DNA of 64,000 nt from an uncultured Alphaproteobacteria bacterium. Lineage in GTDB: Bacteria; Pseudomonadota; Alphaproteobacteria; Rs-D84. The notes under the pieces were generated by a model that did no database searches, was not told where the DNA came from, and saw only the letters and a program-made list of their open reading frames with translations. Below are positions 28,506-37,660 of this stretch, in pieces. The stretch lies in the NCBI GenBank assembly GCA_905234465.1, contig CAJOHU010000001.1:31708-95707 (forward strand), given 5' to 3'. The position numbers were made by a program, and so were the translations under genes. How positions within the stretch are numbered: the stretch's first letter is position 1; each line of letters starts with the position of its first letter.

Positions 28506-29000
28506 ATGAAAAAGTTTATTATGGCAATTATTTGTGCGTTTGTTGCGTCTCATGCGTTTGCGGTTTGTCCGGTGTGCACGGTGGCGGTTGGTGCAGGACT
28601 GGAAGGGGCGCGTTTGTTGGGCGTTGATGATGTAATAACCGGAATTTGGGCGGGTGGACTTACATTGTCGCTGTTTTTCTGGACGGCGGGATGGTTGCGT
28701 AAACATGGGGTAAAAAGTGTGTTTTGGCAATTGATTGTGCCGTTTGTGTTTTACTATGCATTGCTGGGTATGGTTTATTTGTTGCCTGATGTGTATTTCG
28801 GTGTCAACACTATATGGGGAATTGATAAGTTTTTATTGGGAATTATTGTCGGTTCGGTCTGTTTTTGGCTTGGGGCACGGTGGTATGTGTCCATTAAGCG
28901 CAGAAATGGCGGACATGCCCAATTTGCGTTTCAAAAAGTTGTTGTTCCAATTAGTTTTTTGTTAATCGCAACATTGGTATTCTGGTTGATTACTAAATAA
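28506..29000 (+). CDS. hypothetical integral membrane protein (signal peptide + CPVC motif + 4 TM)
   Basis: The ATG at 28506 has RBS aaggaagg. MKKFIMAIICAFVASHAFAVCPVC. Four hydrophobic helices. Confidence 0.55.
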   Translation: MKKFIMAIICAFVASHAFAVCPVCTVAVGAGLEGARLLGVDDVITGIWAGGLTLSLFFWTAGWLRKHGVKSVFWQLIVPFVFYYALLGMVYLLPDVYFGVNTIWGIDKFLLGIIVGSVCFWLGARWYVSIKRRNGGHAQFAFQKVVVPISFLLIATLVFWLITK

Positions 29001-29031
29001 ACATGGTTTTAGCACGCAAAGGAGAAAAGTT

Positions 29032-29607
29032 ATGAAAAAAATGTCGTTGGAAGAAATGGTGCAAAAGGTTGATGAATCTAAAAAGGTAAATCCGTTGGAT
29101 TTGTCGTCTGACCAAGATTTGTCTATTGCGCTGATGAATTTGGTGTCGTTGGAAGAACATTTCTTTTTCAGTGGCGCAAAAACGAAAAAACCTGGATTCT
29201 ATGATTTGATAAATGTTGTTCGCAATATGCGTAAAGAATTGATGGAACGAATTGTTGACAAGAATGCAGCCCAAGGTGCCGAAGTTTGGTGTATATCTAA
29301 GCATTTATTGGCGGCATCTATGCGCCTGTACGAGGTTGGAACCAAGGCATTAGGGGGCGGAAATAAAAAAGACGCGTATAAAATGTTTGAACGCGCATAT
29401 GAATTGTATTCTTTGTTTTGGGGATTGAATATGAAAATGATAGACCTAAGTGGTGTGCAACAGATGGAACCTGATTTTTACAAATGCGTGTTGGACAAAG
29501 GCGCAAAAAAAGAAAAAGATGTCAAAAAACAAATGGTTGAGTCTAAATCTGTTGTGCATAAATTGGGTGATTGGGTTAAAAATGCGGTAAATTGCTGCAT
29601 AGAATAA
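29032..29607 (+). CDS. hypothetical cytoplasmic protein (191 aa, Lys/Glu-rich)
   Basis: ORF with RBS aaaggagaaaag. No recognisable motif. Confidence 0.5.
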   Translation: MKKMSLEEMVQKVDESKKVNPLDLSSDQDLSIALMNLVSLEEHFFFSGAKTKKPGFYDLINVVRNMRKELMERIVDKNAAQGAEVWCISKHLLAASMRLYEVGTKALGGGNKKDAYKMFERAYELYSLFWGLNMKMIDLSGVQQMEPDFYKCVLDKGAKKEKDVKKQMVESKSVVHKLGDWVKNAVNCCIE

Positions 29608-29677
29608 GTGTTGTTTAATTTTATGGTTGATTCAAGTTGTGTGTTTCTACTATAATAAACAACAGAAGGGAGTAGAA

Positions 29678-32059
29678 TTGGTCAAAGGAAGGGTGTTTTT
29701 TGCCATTGCTTTTGCGTTTATTGTTGCGCCGTTGATTGGTGGCGGGGCGTTTTGTGCGACCCAACCGAATCCCCGCACAACCGATTCGAATGCTGTGCCT
29801 CGTCGGTCTGTTGGTGCGGTACAATCACGCAGTGTCACAACATTACCAACGCGAATTCGTGCCGTTACGCAACCTGGGGCGGGTCGCAGCGCAAAAACCA
29901 TAACAGCGGTGCGTACAGCAACCGTGACAGGTCCGCGTTCAGGAAGTACGCGCAGTGCAGTACCGTCTATGCGTGCGCGCAGTGCCAAGACGGGCGCAAC
30001 AAATGCCCGAACGGGTAAAAACATACTGGCGGGATTGTCGGGTGGCGCACGCAGCGCAATGGCGCGCGCAACCGCGGTGTTCAGTGATGTATCAAAAATT
30101 GGTTCGGGATATGCGGCGTGTCGGGAATCATATGCGACTTGTATGGATCAGATTTGTGCAAGTGCTAACGATTCATATCGCAGATGTGTTTGCAGTGACC
30201 GTTATACAAAATTCCGCAACATAGAAGATGCCTTAGATCAGGCGATGATTATGTTGGCGCAATTTCAGGATAATAATTTGAATGCTGTTGATAAAACCGC
30301 CGCCGAAGTTGATGCGATGTATTCCGCCACGGTTGGTGAAATGGCGATTAAAAGTGATACCAGTGCTGCCGCCAAAATGCTGGACGAAATCAGTAATTTG
30401 TTGTCCGGAAAATCAACATCATCGCCCTATTCTGGTTCTGCCAATTCTTTGGGAATTTTGGATTTAGATTTCTCTACCGATTTGGGCGACATATGGTCAA
30501 ATGATGTATCGTCTATATTTTCGTCTTCGGGGCAGGATATGTCTACACTGGAAGGTGTGGCGTTGTTTAATGCGGCACAGAATCAATGTGTGAAACTTAG
30601 CCAGGACGCATGTGAAAATGATGCGGCGTTTTCAATGTCACGCAGTTCTTATAATATTCTGATTAATCAAGATTGCAATCTGTATGAAACGAAATTGAAT
30701 ACAAACAGGGAAAAAGTGGCAAAGGCGATTCGTTTGGCGGAACAATACCTGCGTGAGGCGCGTTTGGAAGAATACCGTTCACATAATTCTGCAGATGTGA
30801 ATGAATGTATTGCCAAGGTTCGTGATGCGATTCTAAAAGATACCGCGTGCGGCGAAAATTATAAACGTTGTTTGGATCCAACAGGTGCATATATCAATGG
30901 CGTGACCGGTGCGGCAATTTACAGTCCACGTCTGTTCCAATTAGAAAAAACGATTTCATTGGAAGGGGTCACAACATCTGGGAATGTGAATACTGATATT
31001 TTGGGACAAAACAAGACATATGATAAGTTTTTAGAAAATTATCGCCAATATGTGGTTCGGGAATTAGATACGTGTCGGGATATTGCAGATTTTGTGTGGA
31101 GCGAATTCAAACGCAATGCGATTATTGAAATTGCCCAAGCACAAAGCGAGAAATTAGAAGAAGTAAAATCTTCGTGCGTTAATACCATAGCAGAATGTTA
31201 TGACACCCAAACAAACGCATTAAAAAATGTTGATAAAAATACGGCAACCACCGCAGGGGCATTGGGGCGGTATACTGCGCGTGACATGTGTGCGGAACAG
31301 GTGTCAGCATGTGCTACATTATATGGCAGTACCAAGAATAATGAATCGTGCAAATTTGATTCGCGTGGTCATTTGACATCTGATACCGATAAAGATTCGT
31401 GCGGATTAACATCGTTGTTGAACTATGTCAAGGCGGTTGATGATTTAAGTGTCGCACAAAAGTGTGAAGAGGCGATTGAAGAATATGTGACAAACCTGTG
31501 CACACCTGACAATTCTACGTATTCTTATCCATATAATTGCCGCAAATTAAGCAGGGATAATATACGTGATTCAATACAAAAGTTTGCAATAGATAATTGT
31601 TATGATCCCGGGACGGATACGGTTGCCGAGTACAGTGATTTGCCGGATAGGGTTCAAACGCGCATTACACTTTTATTAAATGATATTGATGAATCCATGA
31701 ATGCGACGTTGGCGGATGAATGCAGCGAATCGGGTGGTATGTGGTCAGAAAAAAGAGATTCTGATAATCAGGATAATTATTGGTTAGGTTTCTATAATAC
31801 GGTTTATGGCGGATACACCCCAGATAATGCCGATAGTGACAAAAAGTATGGAACCGAATGGGGATATTGTTACGCGAACAGTCCGCGGTTGGCATGTTTG
31901 GCATATGCCGACATGTGGGATGAAGACGAAGATGTCGCGGAATGGGATATGGCGACCCAGACATGTGTTTTATACGATGCTTGGTACAGACATAAATGTC
32001 AAGAACTGGGGTCGGGATATTATTTGGATGGTGTGTGTTATATATCATCTGATAATTAA
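29678..32059 (+). CDS. large secreted hypothetical protein. It has a signal peptide, an Arg/Thr/Ser-rich low-complexity region (RSxxT repeats), then a Cys-rich region of about 600 aa.
   Basis: Probable TTG start at 29678 (RBS gaagggag). The ORF-track frame opens at 29627. Signal peptide VFFAIAFAFIVAPLIGGGAFCA. About 35 Cys. No catalytic motif recognised. Confidence 0.65.
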   Translation: MVKGRVFFAIAFAFIVAPLIGGGAFCATQPNPRTTDSNAVPRRSVGAVQSRSVTTLPTRIRAVTQPGAGRSAKTITAVRTATVTGPRSGSTRSAVPSMRARSAKTGATNARTGKNILAGLSGGARSAMARATAVFSDVSKIGSGYAACRESYATCMDQICASANDSYRRCVCSDRYTKFRNIEDALDQAMIMLAQFQDNNLNAVDKTAAEVDAMYSATVGEMAIKSDTSAAAKMLDEISNLLSGKSTSSPYSGSANSLGILDLDFSTDLGDIWSNDVSSIFSSSGQDMSTLEGVALFNAAQNQCVKLSQDACENDAAFSMSRSSYNILINQDCNLYETKLNTNREKVAKAIRLAEQYLREARLEEYRSHNSADVNECIAKVRDAILKDTACGENYKRCLDPTGAYINGVTGAAIYSPRLFQLEKTISLEGVTTSGNVNTDILGQNKTYDKFLENYRQYVVRELDTCRDIADFVWSEFKRNAIIEIAQAQSEKLEEVKSSCVNTIAECYDTQTNALKNVDKNTATTAGALGRYTARDMCAEQVSACATLYGSTKNNESCKFDSRGHLTSDTDKDSCGLTSLLNYVKAVDDLSVAQKCEEAIEEYVTNLCTPDNSTYSYPYNCRKLSRDNIRDSIQKFAIDNCYDPGTDTVAEYSDLPDRVQTRITLLLNDIDESMNATLADECSESGGMWSEKRDSDNQDNYWLGFYNTVYGGYTPDNADSDKKYGTEWGYCYANSPRLACLAYADMWDEDEDVAEWDMATQTCVLYDAWYRHKCQELGSGYYLDGVCYISSDN

Positions 32060-32091
32060 TTAAAAGAAAAACAAAAGGAAAGGAAAAAGTT

Positions 32092-32901
32092 ATGTTCAAA
32101 CAAATATTGGTATGTATAGTTGCTTTATCAGCAGGAATGACGGGGTCGTTTGGCGCGGCAAGTGTTCGTTCAATCGGAATACTTCCACATTCAGGTAGTG
32201 TTGGGGCGGTGACGCGCGCGGGAACTTTGCGGATGCAACCAACAACGGCTGTTGGTAAAAAATCTGTATCAACTGGTGCTACGCTTTCAGAAAACATATC
32301 TGGGGATAATACCACGCGTATGTCAAGTATTTCTGGAATCCCGGGTGTTGGGTCAAAACCGAAACTTTCTTCTTCTACATCGGCGGCTACACTTGCGGAT
32401 TTGAAAAAACAAGTTGCAGATTTGGCGAACGTGGTTTCTGATATGTTAAGTGCGGGCGTTGATGAAGAGGCGGTTCGTGAGATCATAGATTCTGAATTGG
32501 CGGCGAAAAATTTTGCAACCAATGAAGAACTTAACCAAAAAGCCGACAAAGAAGATGTAATATCCAGTGATGTCACGTTCACCGAAGAAAATGGGTATAT
32601 AGTTTTGACCAGTGGAAAGACCAAAGCGAATGTGGTCGCACTTTCAGACATTCAAGGGGGGCAAGGCACGCCGGGTGCGAATGCGTGTGAACCCAAATAT
32701 TCTTCTAAAACAAATGCTGATGGTGATACTGAGGTCACAATAACATGTGCTGACAATGAATCACAAGTTTTGGGGCAATATACTGTTGCCAAGGGCGCAG
32801 ATGGCGTGAATCCATGTCCGAAAGGCTTGGAATTGGTTGAGGACACAGAATACGAAGATTCGGTCAATTCAAAAAAATATGACTTGGTCTGCAATGAATA
32901 A
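32092..32901 (+). CDS. secreted paralog B (269 aa). It has a signal peptide and a middle module DLKKQVADLANVVSDML shared with paralog D. Its C-terminal module PCPKGLELVEDTEYEDSVNSKKYDLVCNE is shared with paralog C.
   Basis: Signal peptide MFKQILVCIVALSAGMTGSFGAA. Modules aligned by eye. Confidence 0.7.
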   Translation: MFKQILVCIVALSAGMTGSFGAASVRSIGILPHSGSVGAVTRAGTLRMQPTTAVGKKSVSTGATLSENISGDNTTRMSSISGIPGVGSKPKLSSSTSAATLADLKKQVADLANVVSDMLSAGVDEEAVREIIDSELAAKNFATNEELNQKADKEDVISSDVTFTEENGYIVLTSGKTKANVVALSDIQGGQGTPGANACEPKYSSKTNADGDTEVTITCADNESQVLGQYTVAKGADGVNPCPKGLELVEDTEYEDSVNSKKYDLVCNE

Positions 32902-32932
32902 AAAATAAACTTATAAAACATGGGGGAAAATA

Positions 32933-33979
32933 ATGAAAGAAAAAATGTTATATATGGGTATGTTCGCGGCGGTTGTGGCGTTGTTTGGTGCAAACGCATA
33001 TTCTAAAACACTGGGCAGTATAATTGTGCCCGCGCCAACAAATGGAAACGATGGTTTATCGGCATATCAAATATGGCTTAATAATGGAAACACGGGAACT
33101 GAGGCAGATTTTTTGGCTTCGTTAAAGGGTGAAGCTGGTACCAGTGTAAAGATAAAGGGTACCGTTTCAACCTGTGCCGCGTTAAACAGTCTTACTAATG
33201 TAAGTGCGGGGGATATTTATTTGGTTACGGGTGATAATAATATGGGTTATATTTATGACGGCACCTCGTTTCCAAATTGCCCGGGTAATGGTATTCAAAT
33301 TCAAGGACCGCAGGGACAGGCGTGTCTGACGACACTTACGACACAGGCGTGTGGTCCGGATCTTACTAAAAAATGTCCTGTGGCGACAAGGTCTGGCACA
33401 GTCTATACCAAAACAGATTGTAATGGCACGAATCCAACCGATGATGTCGTTTATAATGGTGATGATGGCGATGATATTTGTGATAATGTGGAAAATCCGG
33501 CGACATCGGTTAAAACATATACAAAGACATATACTGCACATACCGCCAGTTTGCCGGGATATGTGACGTTGACACAGACAATGTGCAACAACACTACAAA
33601 TACTACCAATTATCAAGATTCTTGTGTGCCGATTATTCCGCGCACAAATCAAAATATTTGCAGCGCCGGGACATATATGGAATGCACCGCCCAAAATGAT
33701 GGCACCGTGTATAATGTATGCAAACCCAAAGATACTGACGATGCCGACACAGTTTTCACGGCATTAAAAGATAAATTGTCAAAAAATGTGACATTTGCGA
33801 CAGAAACAGTGGACAATGTTGAATCTTTCGTATTAAAGGAAGGCAGTAATACGGTTGCGGTATTGGCGGCAAAGTCTGAATTAAAGGGTGAAACCCCTTG
33901 TCAGCAAGGGTTGAATTTAGTGGAAGATGATAATTATACAGGCAGTGGAAAGAAATATAATTTGGTATGTGATGATTAA
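32933..33979 (+). CDS. secreted paralog C (348 aa). Its N-terminal module (LGSIIVPAPTNGNDGLSAYQIWLNNGNTGTEADFLASLKGEAGT, plus a Cys-rich body) is shared with paralog D. Its C-terminal module is shared with B. It carries a short collagen-like GPQGQ.
   Basis: Signal peptide MKEKMLYMGMFAAVVALFGANAYS. The motif SAYQIWLxNGxxGTEADFLAxLKG. Confidence 0.7.
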   Translation: MKEKMLYMGMFAAVVALFGANAYSKTLGSIIVPAPTNGNDGLSAYQIWLNNGNTGTEADFLASLKGEAGTSVKIKGTVSTCAALNSLTNVSAGDIYLVTGDNNMGYIYDGTSFPNCPGNGIQIQGPQGQACLTTLTTQACGPDLTKKCPVATRSGTVYTKTDCNGTNPTDDVVYNGDDGDDICDNVENPATSVKTYTKTYTAHTASLPGYVTLTQTMCNNTTNTTNYQDSCVPIIPRTNQNICSAGTYMECTAQNDGTVYNVCKPKDTDDADTVFTALKDKLSKNVTFATETVDNVESFVLKEGSNTVAVLAAKSELKGETPCQQGLNLVEDDNYTGSGKKYNLVCDD

Positions 33980-33995
33980 AAAAAAGGTGGATGAA

Positions 33996-35003
33996 ATGAG
34001 TGGAAAAATCGTTTTTTTAGGGGCGTGTTCGGTGGCGGCTGTATGCACAGTTGTCGCGGGCGAATGTTTCGCCAGCAGAAATTTGGGCAGTATTATCATA
34101 CCCCCGGTGACAGACGGAACCGATGGTCAGGATGGTGCGTCGGCATATCAAATATGGCTTGCCAATGGGCACGAAGGAACCGAGGCGGACTTTTTGGCAT
34201 GGTTAAAAGGTGCTCCGGGCACACCGGCGTGTAATACAACTTTGACCAAAAGTGTGATAACCAATCCAGTGACCAGTAAAAAATCTGTGACTGTCACGGC
34301 AACAGATTGTAATAGTAACACATTGTGGACAGAAACGGTTGAAGACGGTGTAGATGGCAGCAATGGTGCGGCGGGTGTTGGGGTTTGTGATAATGTTGCA
34401 GATACAGCAACCGCCAACAAGAATACCGTTAGCATTTATACTGCGGGGACGGCAACCACCATTGGTTATATGACGCATACATATACCAAATGTAATGGAA
34501 ATACAGAAACAAGCATCGTGGAAGATTCTTGTGCCCAGGTCTTTGATAAACGCACCAGTGGCGCATGTAGTGGCGCATATATGGTTTGCAAAAATCAGCA
34601 GGCGGGTACGGAATACAATGTTTGCAAGCCGATAAGCGGGCAAGACATTAGTCCTTTTGGCAAAGCAATAAGCGATTTGGCAGACAGGGTCGCCGATAAA
34701 GCAGATACTTCTGTGTTGTCGGGTTATGTAAAGACAGATGGTACAAATTTACCAAACGGTATTATTACAACTAGCAATCTTGCCCAAAATAATATAGTGA
34801 CGACAAGCGCATTGAATTCTGCTGTAAATACTGCGGTCGGCGCCAAGGCTGTGTCGTTCGGTGGTCAAACGATGACAATGGACGATGTCGTTGAATTGTT
34901 AAGCAGCGCGGTTACATGTACAGAAAGCGATGTGGATTCTGTTAATACAATATCATGCAGTGGCAACGGTCTGAATTTATCACGATCAAAGGCTAGTAAT
35001 TAA
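33996..35003 (+). CDS. secreted paralog D (335 aa). Its N-terminal module is shared with C. It has a distinct C-terminus with the module ISDLADRVADKADTSVLSGYVKTDGTN.
   Basis: Probable ATG at 33996 (RBS aaaaggtgga). The ORF-track frame opens at 33927. Signal-like MSGKIVFLGACSVAAVCTVVAGECFA. Confidence 0.65.
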   Translation: MSGKIVFLGACSVAAVCTVVAGECFASRNLGSIIIPPVTDGTDGQDGASAYQIWLANGHEGTEADFLAWLKGAPGTPACNTTLTKSVITNPVTSKKSVTVTATDCNSNTLWTETVEDGVDGSNGAAGVGVCDNVADTATANKNTVSIYTAGTATTIGYMTHTYTKCNGNTETSIVEDSCAQVFDKRTSGACSGAYMVCKNQQAGTEYNVCKPISGQDISPFGKAISDLADRVADKADTSVLSGYVKTDGTNLPNGIITTSNLAQNNIVTTSALNSAVNTAVGAKAVSFGGQTMTMDDVVELLSSAVTCTESDVDSVNTISCSGNGLNLSRSKASN

Positions 35004-35015
35004 TTTATAAAAAAT

Positions 35016-35040
35016 GCCGCCCGGTTGGGCGGTTTTTTTT
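35016..35040. terminator. bidirectional terminator
   Basis: CCGCCCggttGGGCGG followed by T8. It lies between convergent genes. Confidence 0.6.
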
Positions 35041-35052
35041 ATGAAGTTTATA

Positions 35053-35472
35053 TTATTCTGCGGTTCCAACCATGCTTTTCAACATGTTCAAAAACGCGGC
35101 GCGTTGGGCATCTGTTTCTAATTTCCAATACAAACGGATTAACTGCAGACTCTCTGTACGCAACAATGGGTCGTCAGCGTCAGGCTGATGTACACGCATA
35201 GAACGAGTTGTTCGCGTTTCGTCCGGCATATTTCCCGGCAAACCACTAAAGAAAAAAGATACGGGTGTTTGCATTGCGGTACCGATTTCAAACAATCGGG
35301 ATGCGGATATACGGTTGTCCGCGGTTTCGTACTTCTGGATTTGTTGAAATGTGACACCGCATATGTTTGCCAAATCTTTTAACGATAGTCCCAACATCGT
35401 GCGACGCAGTTGCATGCGTTTGCCAATATGTTGATCTATGATAGTTGGTGTATAGGTTTTGCCTGCCATAAT
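35053..35472 (-). CDS. XRE-family (HTH_3) transcriptional regulator with a C-terminal extension
   Basis: The motif IGKRMQLRRTMLGLSLKDLANICGVTFQQIQKYETADNRISASRLFEIGTAM is a classic lambda-repressor-like HTH. The start MAGKTY was chosen. Confidence 0.7.
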   Translation of the reverse strand: MMAGKTYTPTIIDQHIGKRMQLRRTMLGLSLKDLANICGVTFQQIQKYETADNRISASRLFEIGTAMQTPVSFFFSGLPGNMPDETRTTRSMRVHQPDADDPLLRTESLQLIRLYWKLETDAQRAAFLNMLKSMVGTAE

Positions 35473-35595
35473 ATTTCCCCTTGGTAAAAGGATGTAGTTC
35501 CTAGTGTTTGTTATACAATCTTTCTTTTTGTTTTGCAATCAAAAAAGCGTTATGATATGCTTAATAGCAATAAAAATACTCAAAGGGGAAAAGAT

Positions 35596-37068
35596 ATGAA
35601 AAAGCCTGTGGTTTTGTGTGTGCTGGATGGTGTAGGTGTTAACGAGGCGCGTTCGCATAATGCGGTTGCGTTGGCAAAAATGCCGTTCTTTCGCGGTTTG
35701 ATTAAGAAATATCCAAATTCTTTGTTGCGGGCATCGGGAACTGCGGTTGGGTTGCCTGGGAATTTGATGGGAAATTCAGAAGTTGGGCATATTTGTATTG
35801 GTGCCGGTCGGGTCGTTATGCAATATTTGTTGCGATTTGCACGCGAAAATTGGGCGAAGAATAAGCCGTTAAACAAATTCATTTCCGATGTACGACATGA
35901 TGGCGGAATCGTGCATTTTGCAGGGTTGATGTCCGATGGGCGTGTTCATTCTGATGTGCGCGACGAAATGAAAATTGTTAAATATATATTAGATTCTGGA
36001 TTACAGGTTTGTATCCATTTTATCGCCGATGGTCGTGACACACCGCCACGTTCCGCTTTAAAATATGTTCGTATGATAAAACGGATATTGGCACCATATT
36101 TTGCCGATGGGCGCGTGTTTTTTGGAACTCTTTCGGGGCGGTATTATACTATGGACAGAAACAAGAATATGGACAGAACAAAAATGGCGTTTGATGCGAT
36201 TGCCCAGGCAGAATCTAAGTTTTCTGCGCCAAACATTGAAGATGCAATCAAAGAATCTTATGCAAATGATATAACAGATGAATTCTTTAAGCCCACAATT
36301 ATAAATGCCACACCAATTACAAAGCACGATGGTTTTATGTTCGGAAATTATCGCAGTGACCGCGCCCGTCAAATTGTTCGTGAAATGTTAAAGACTGGTG
36401 CCCATATTTTGTGCTTTTCGCAATATGGTGAAGGCTTGAATGAAAAGTGTCCTGCACTGCTGAATGATATTCCGGTGGAAAACACATTGGGCGATGTTGT
36501 GGAGGCGGCGGGGCTGCGTCAGTTACGTATCGCTGAAACAGAAAAGTATAATCATGTGACATACTTTATGGATGCGGAACGCACCATAGATTTTAACGAG
36601 GAAGAAAAAGTGCTGATAGATTCGCCGGATGTTGCAACATTTGACATGAAGCCAGAAATGTCTGCGCCCGAAATCACACGGGCATTATTGCCGCGATTAG
36701 GGAAATTTGATGTGGTAATGATGAATTTTGCAAATGGCGATATGGTTGGACACACCGGAAATGAAGCCGCGACAATTCGTGCAATGGAGTGTTTGGACAA
36801 TCAATTAAAACAAATTGTGCCAGCGGTTTTACAACTTGGTGGTAAAATGCTGATTATTGCCGACCATGGCAATGCAGAAAAAATGTGGGACGATAAAGCG
36901 AACGCCCCATGGACCGCACATACTAATAATAAAGTCCGGGCGATTTTAGTGTCTGAACCAAAGTACCCAAAAATTAAAAACGGTGGATTGGCAGACGTAG
37001 CACCAACGATTTTGAAATTACTTGGCGTGCCACATCCAAAAGAAATGACAGGAAAGTCATTAGTGTAA
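35596..37068 (+). CDS. gpmI: 2,3-bisphosphoglycerate-independent phosphoglycerate mutase
   Basis: The ATG at 35596 has RBS aaagggga. The iPGM motifs are present: VLCVLDGVG, GNSEVGH, DGRD and, at the C-terminus, ADHGNAE. Confidence 0.9.
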   Translation: MKKPVVLCVLDGVGVNEARSHNAVALAKMPFFRGLIKKYPNSLLRASGTAVGLPGNLMGNSEVGHICIGAGRVVMQYLLRFARENWAKNKPLNKFISDVRHDGGIVHFAGLMSDGRVHSDVRDEMKIVKYILDSGLQVCIHFIADGRDTPPRSALKYVRMIKRILAPYFADGRVFFGTLSGRYYTMDRNKNMDRTKMAFDAIAQAESKFSAPNIEDAIKESYANDITDEFFKPTIINATPITKHDGFMFGNYRSDRARQIVREMLKTGAHILCFSQYGEGLNEKCPALLNDIPVENTLGDVVEAAGLRQLRIAETEKYNHVTYFMDAERTIDFNEEEKVLIDSPDVATFDMKPEMSAPEITRALLPRLGKFDVVMMNFANGDMVGHTGNEAATIRAMECLDNQLKQIVPAVLQLGGKMLIIADHGNAEKMWDDKANAPWTAHTNNKVRAILVSEPKYPKIKNGGLADVAPTILKLLGVPHPKEMTGKSLV

Positions 37069-37098
37069 GTGTTAGTGGTTAGTGTTAGTGGTTAGTAA
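37060..37098 (+). repeat. tandem copy of the GTTAGTGG repeat family. It overlaps the gpmI stop.
   Basis: ttagtgtaagtgttagtggttagtgttagtggttagtaaaaa. Confidence 0.7.
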
Positions 37099-37130
37099 AA
37101 ATCCCGCGACATGCGGGATTTTTGCTTTTA
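37097..37130. terminator. bidirectional terminator hairpin
   Basis: aaaaatcccgc-gacat-gcgggattttt. Confidence 0.6.
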
Positions 37131-37640
37131 TCGCTGATTTTCAAAGAATTCTGTTATCATTTTTTCGGTTGTAAAATTACGCAATATTTTATACTTGTTG
37201 TTTGAATCATTTTCTGGCTGCACCAATACAATATCGCCACGTTTAGTATCAAAAAACTTTGTTTCCCATAATGGTAAAGATAGTCTTGATAAACTTATTG
37301 GTACAGCCCCGAATTTCTTGCCCATCAATTTCAATTTTCGTATTTCGTCTGATATATCGTATGCGCCGGTGACCAACATAACATCGCATTTGCGCAAAAC
37401 ATATTGAACGGGTCTGATTGTTCCTTTTTTTGTTAATGTGACCAATCCCCCACGATAAAATGCTTCTTCGCGTTTGAATTTATCTAGATATGAATAATGT
37501 ATAGAAACTTTTTTTGGTAATTTACCGCCATCAATATAGGTCGGAATAAGTGTAAAATCTATCATTCCATTATTGTGCATTTTTCTGTCTGCGATTACAT
37601 ATTCGTTAAATATACGGTTTTTATCGGATAGGTTTTCCAT
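37128..37640 (-). CDS. hypothetical protein (170 aa)
   Basis: ORF with no recognised motif. It is convergent with gpmI. Confidence 0.45.
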   Translation of the reverse strand: MENLSDKNRIFNEYVIADRKMHNNGMIDFTLIPTYIDGGKLPKKVSIHYSYLDKFKREEAFYRGGLVTLTKKGTIRPVQYVLRKCDVMLVTGAYDISDEIRKLKLMGKKFGAVPISLSRLSLPLWETKFFDTKRGDIVLVQPENDSNNKYKILRNFTTEKMITEFFENQR

Positions 37641-37660
37641 TTTATATATTCCCCTTTTGT

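Noticed and set aside
31665-32651. 328-aa minus-strand ORF spanning the junction of the 810-aa gene and paralog B
   Set aside because: It bridges two + strand genes that each have their own signal peptide and RBS. Its translation is Ser/Pro/His-rich low complexity. It is an antisense artefact.
32092-35003. Diversity-generating retroelement (DGR) as the explanation for the variable paralog termini
   Set aside because: There is no reverse transcriptase or template repeat in the window. The differences between shared modules are not adenine-specific substitutions. Recombinational mosaicism fits better.
37128-37640. Considered a restriction-endonuclease or toxin assignment for the 170-aa protein next to the repeat
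   Set aside because: No catalytic motif (PD-ExK, HNH, GIY-YIG) could be identified by eye. It is left as hypothetical.
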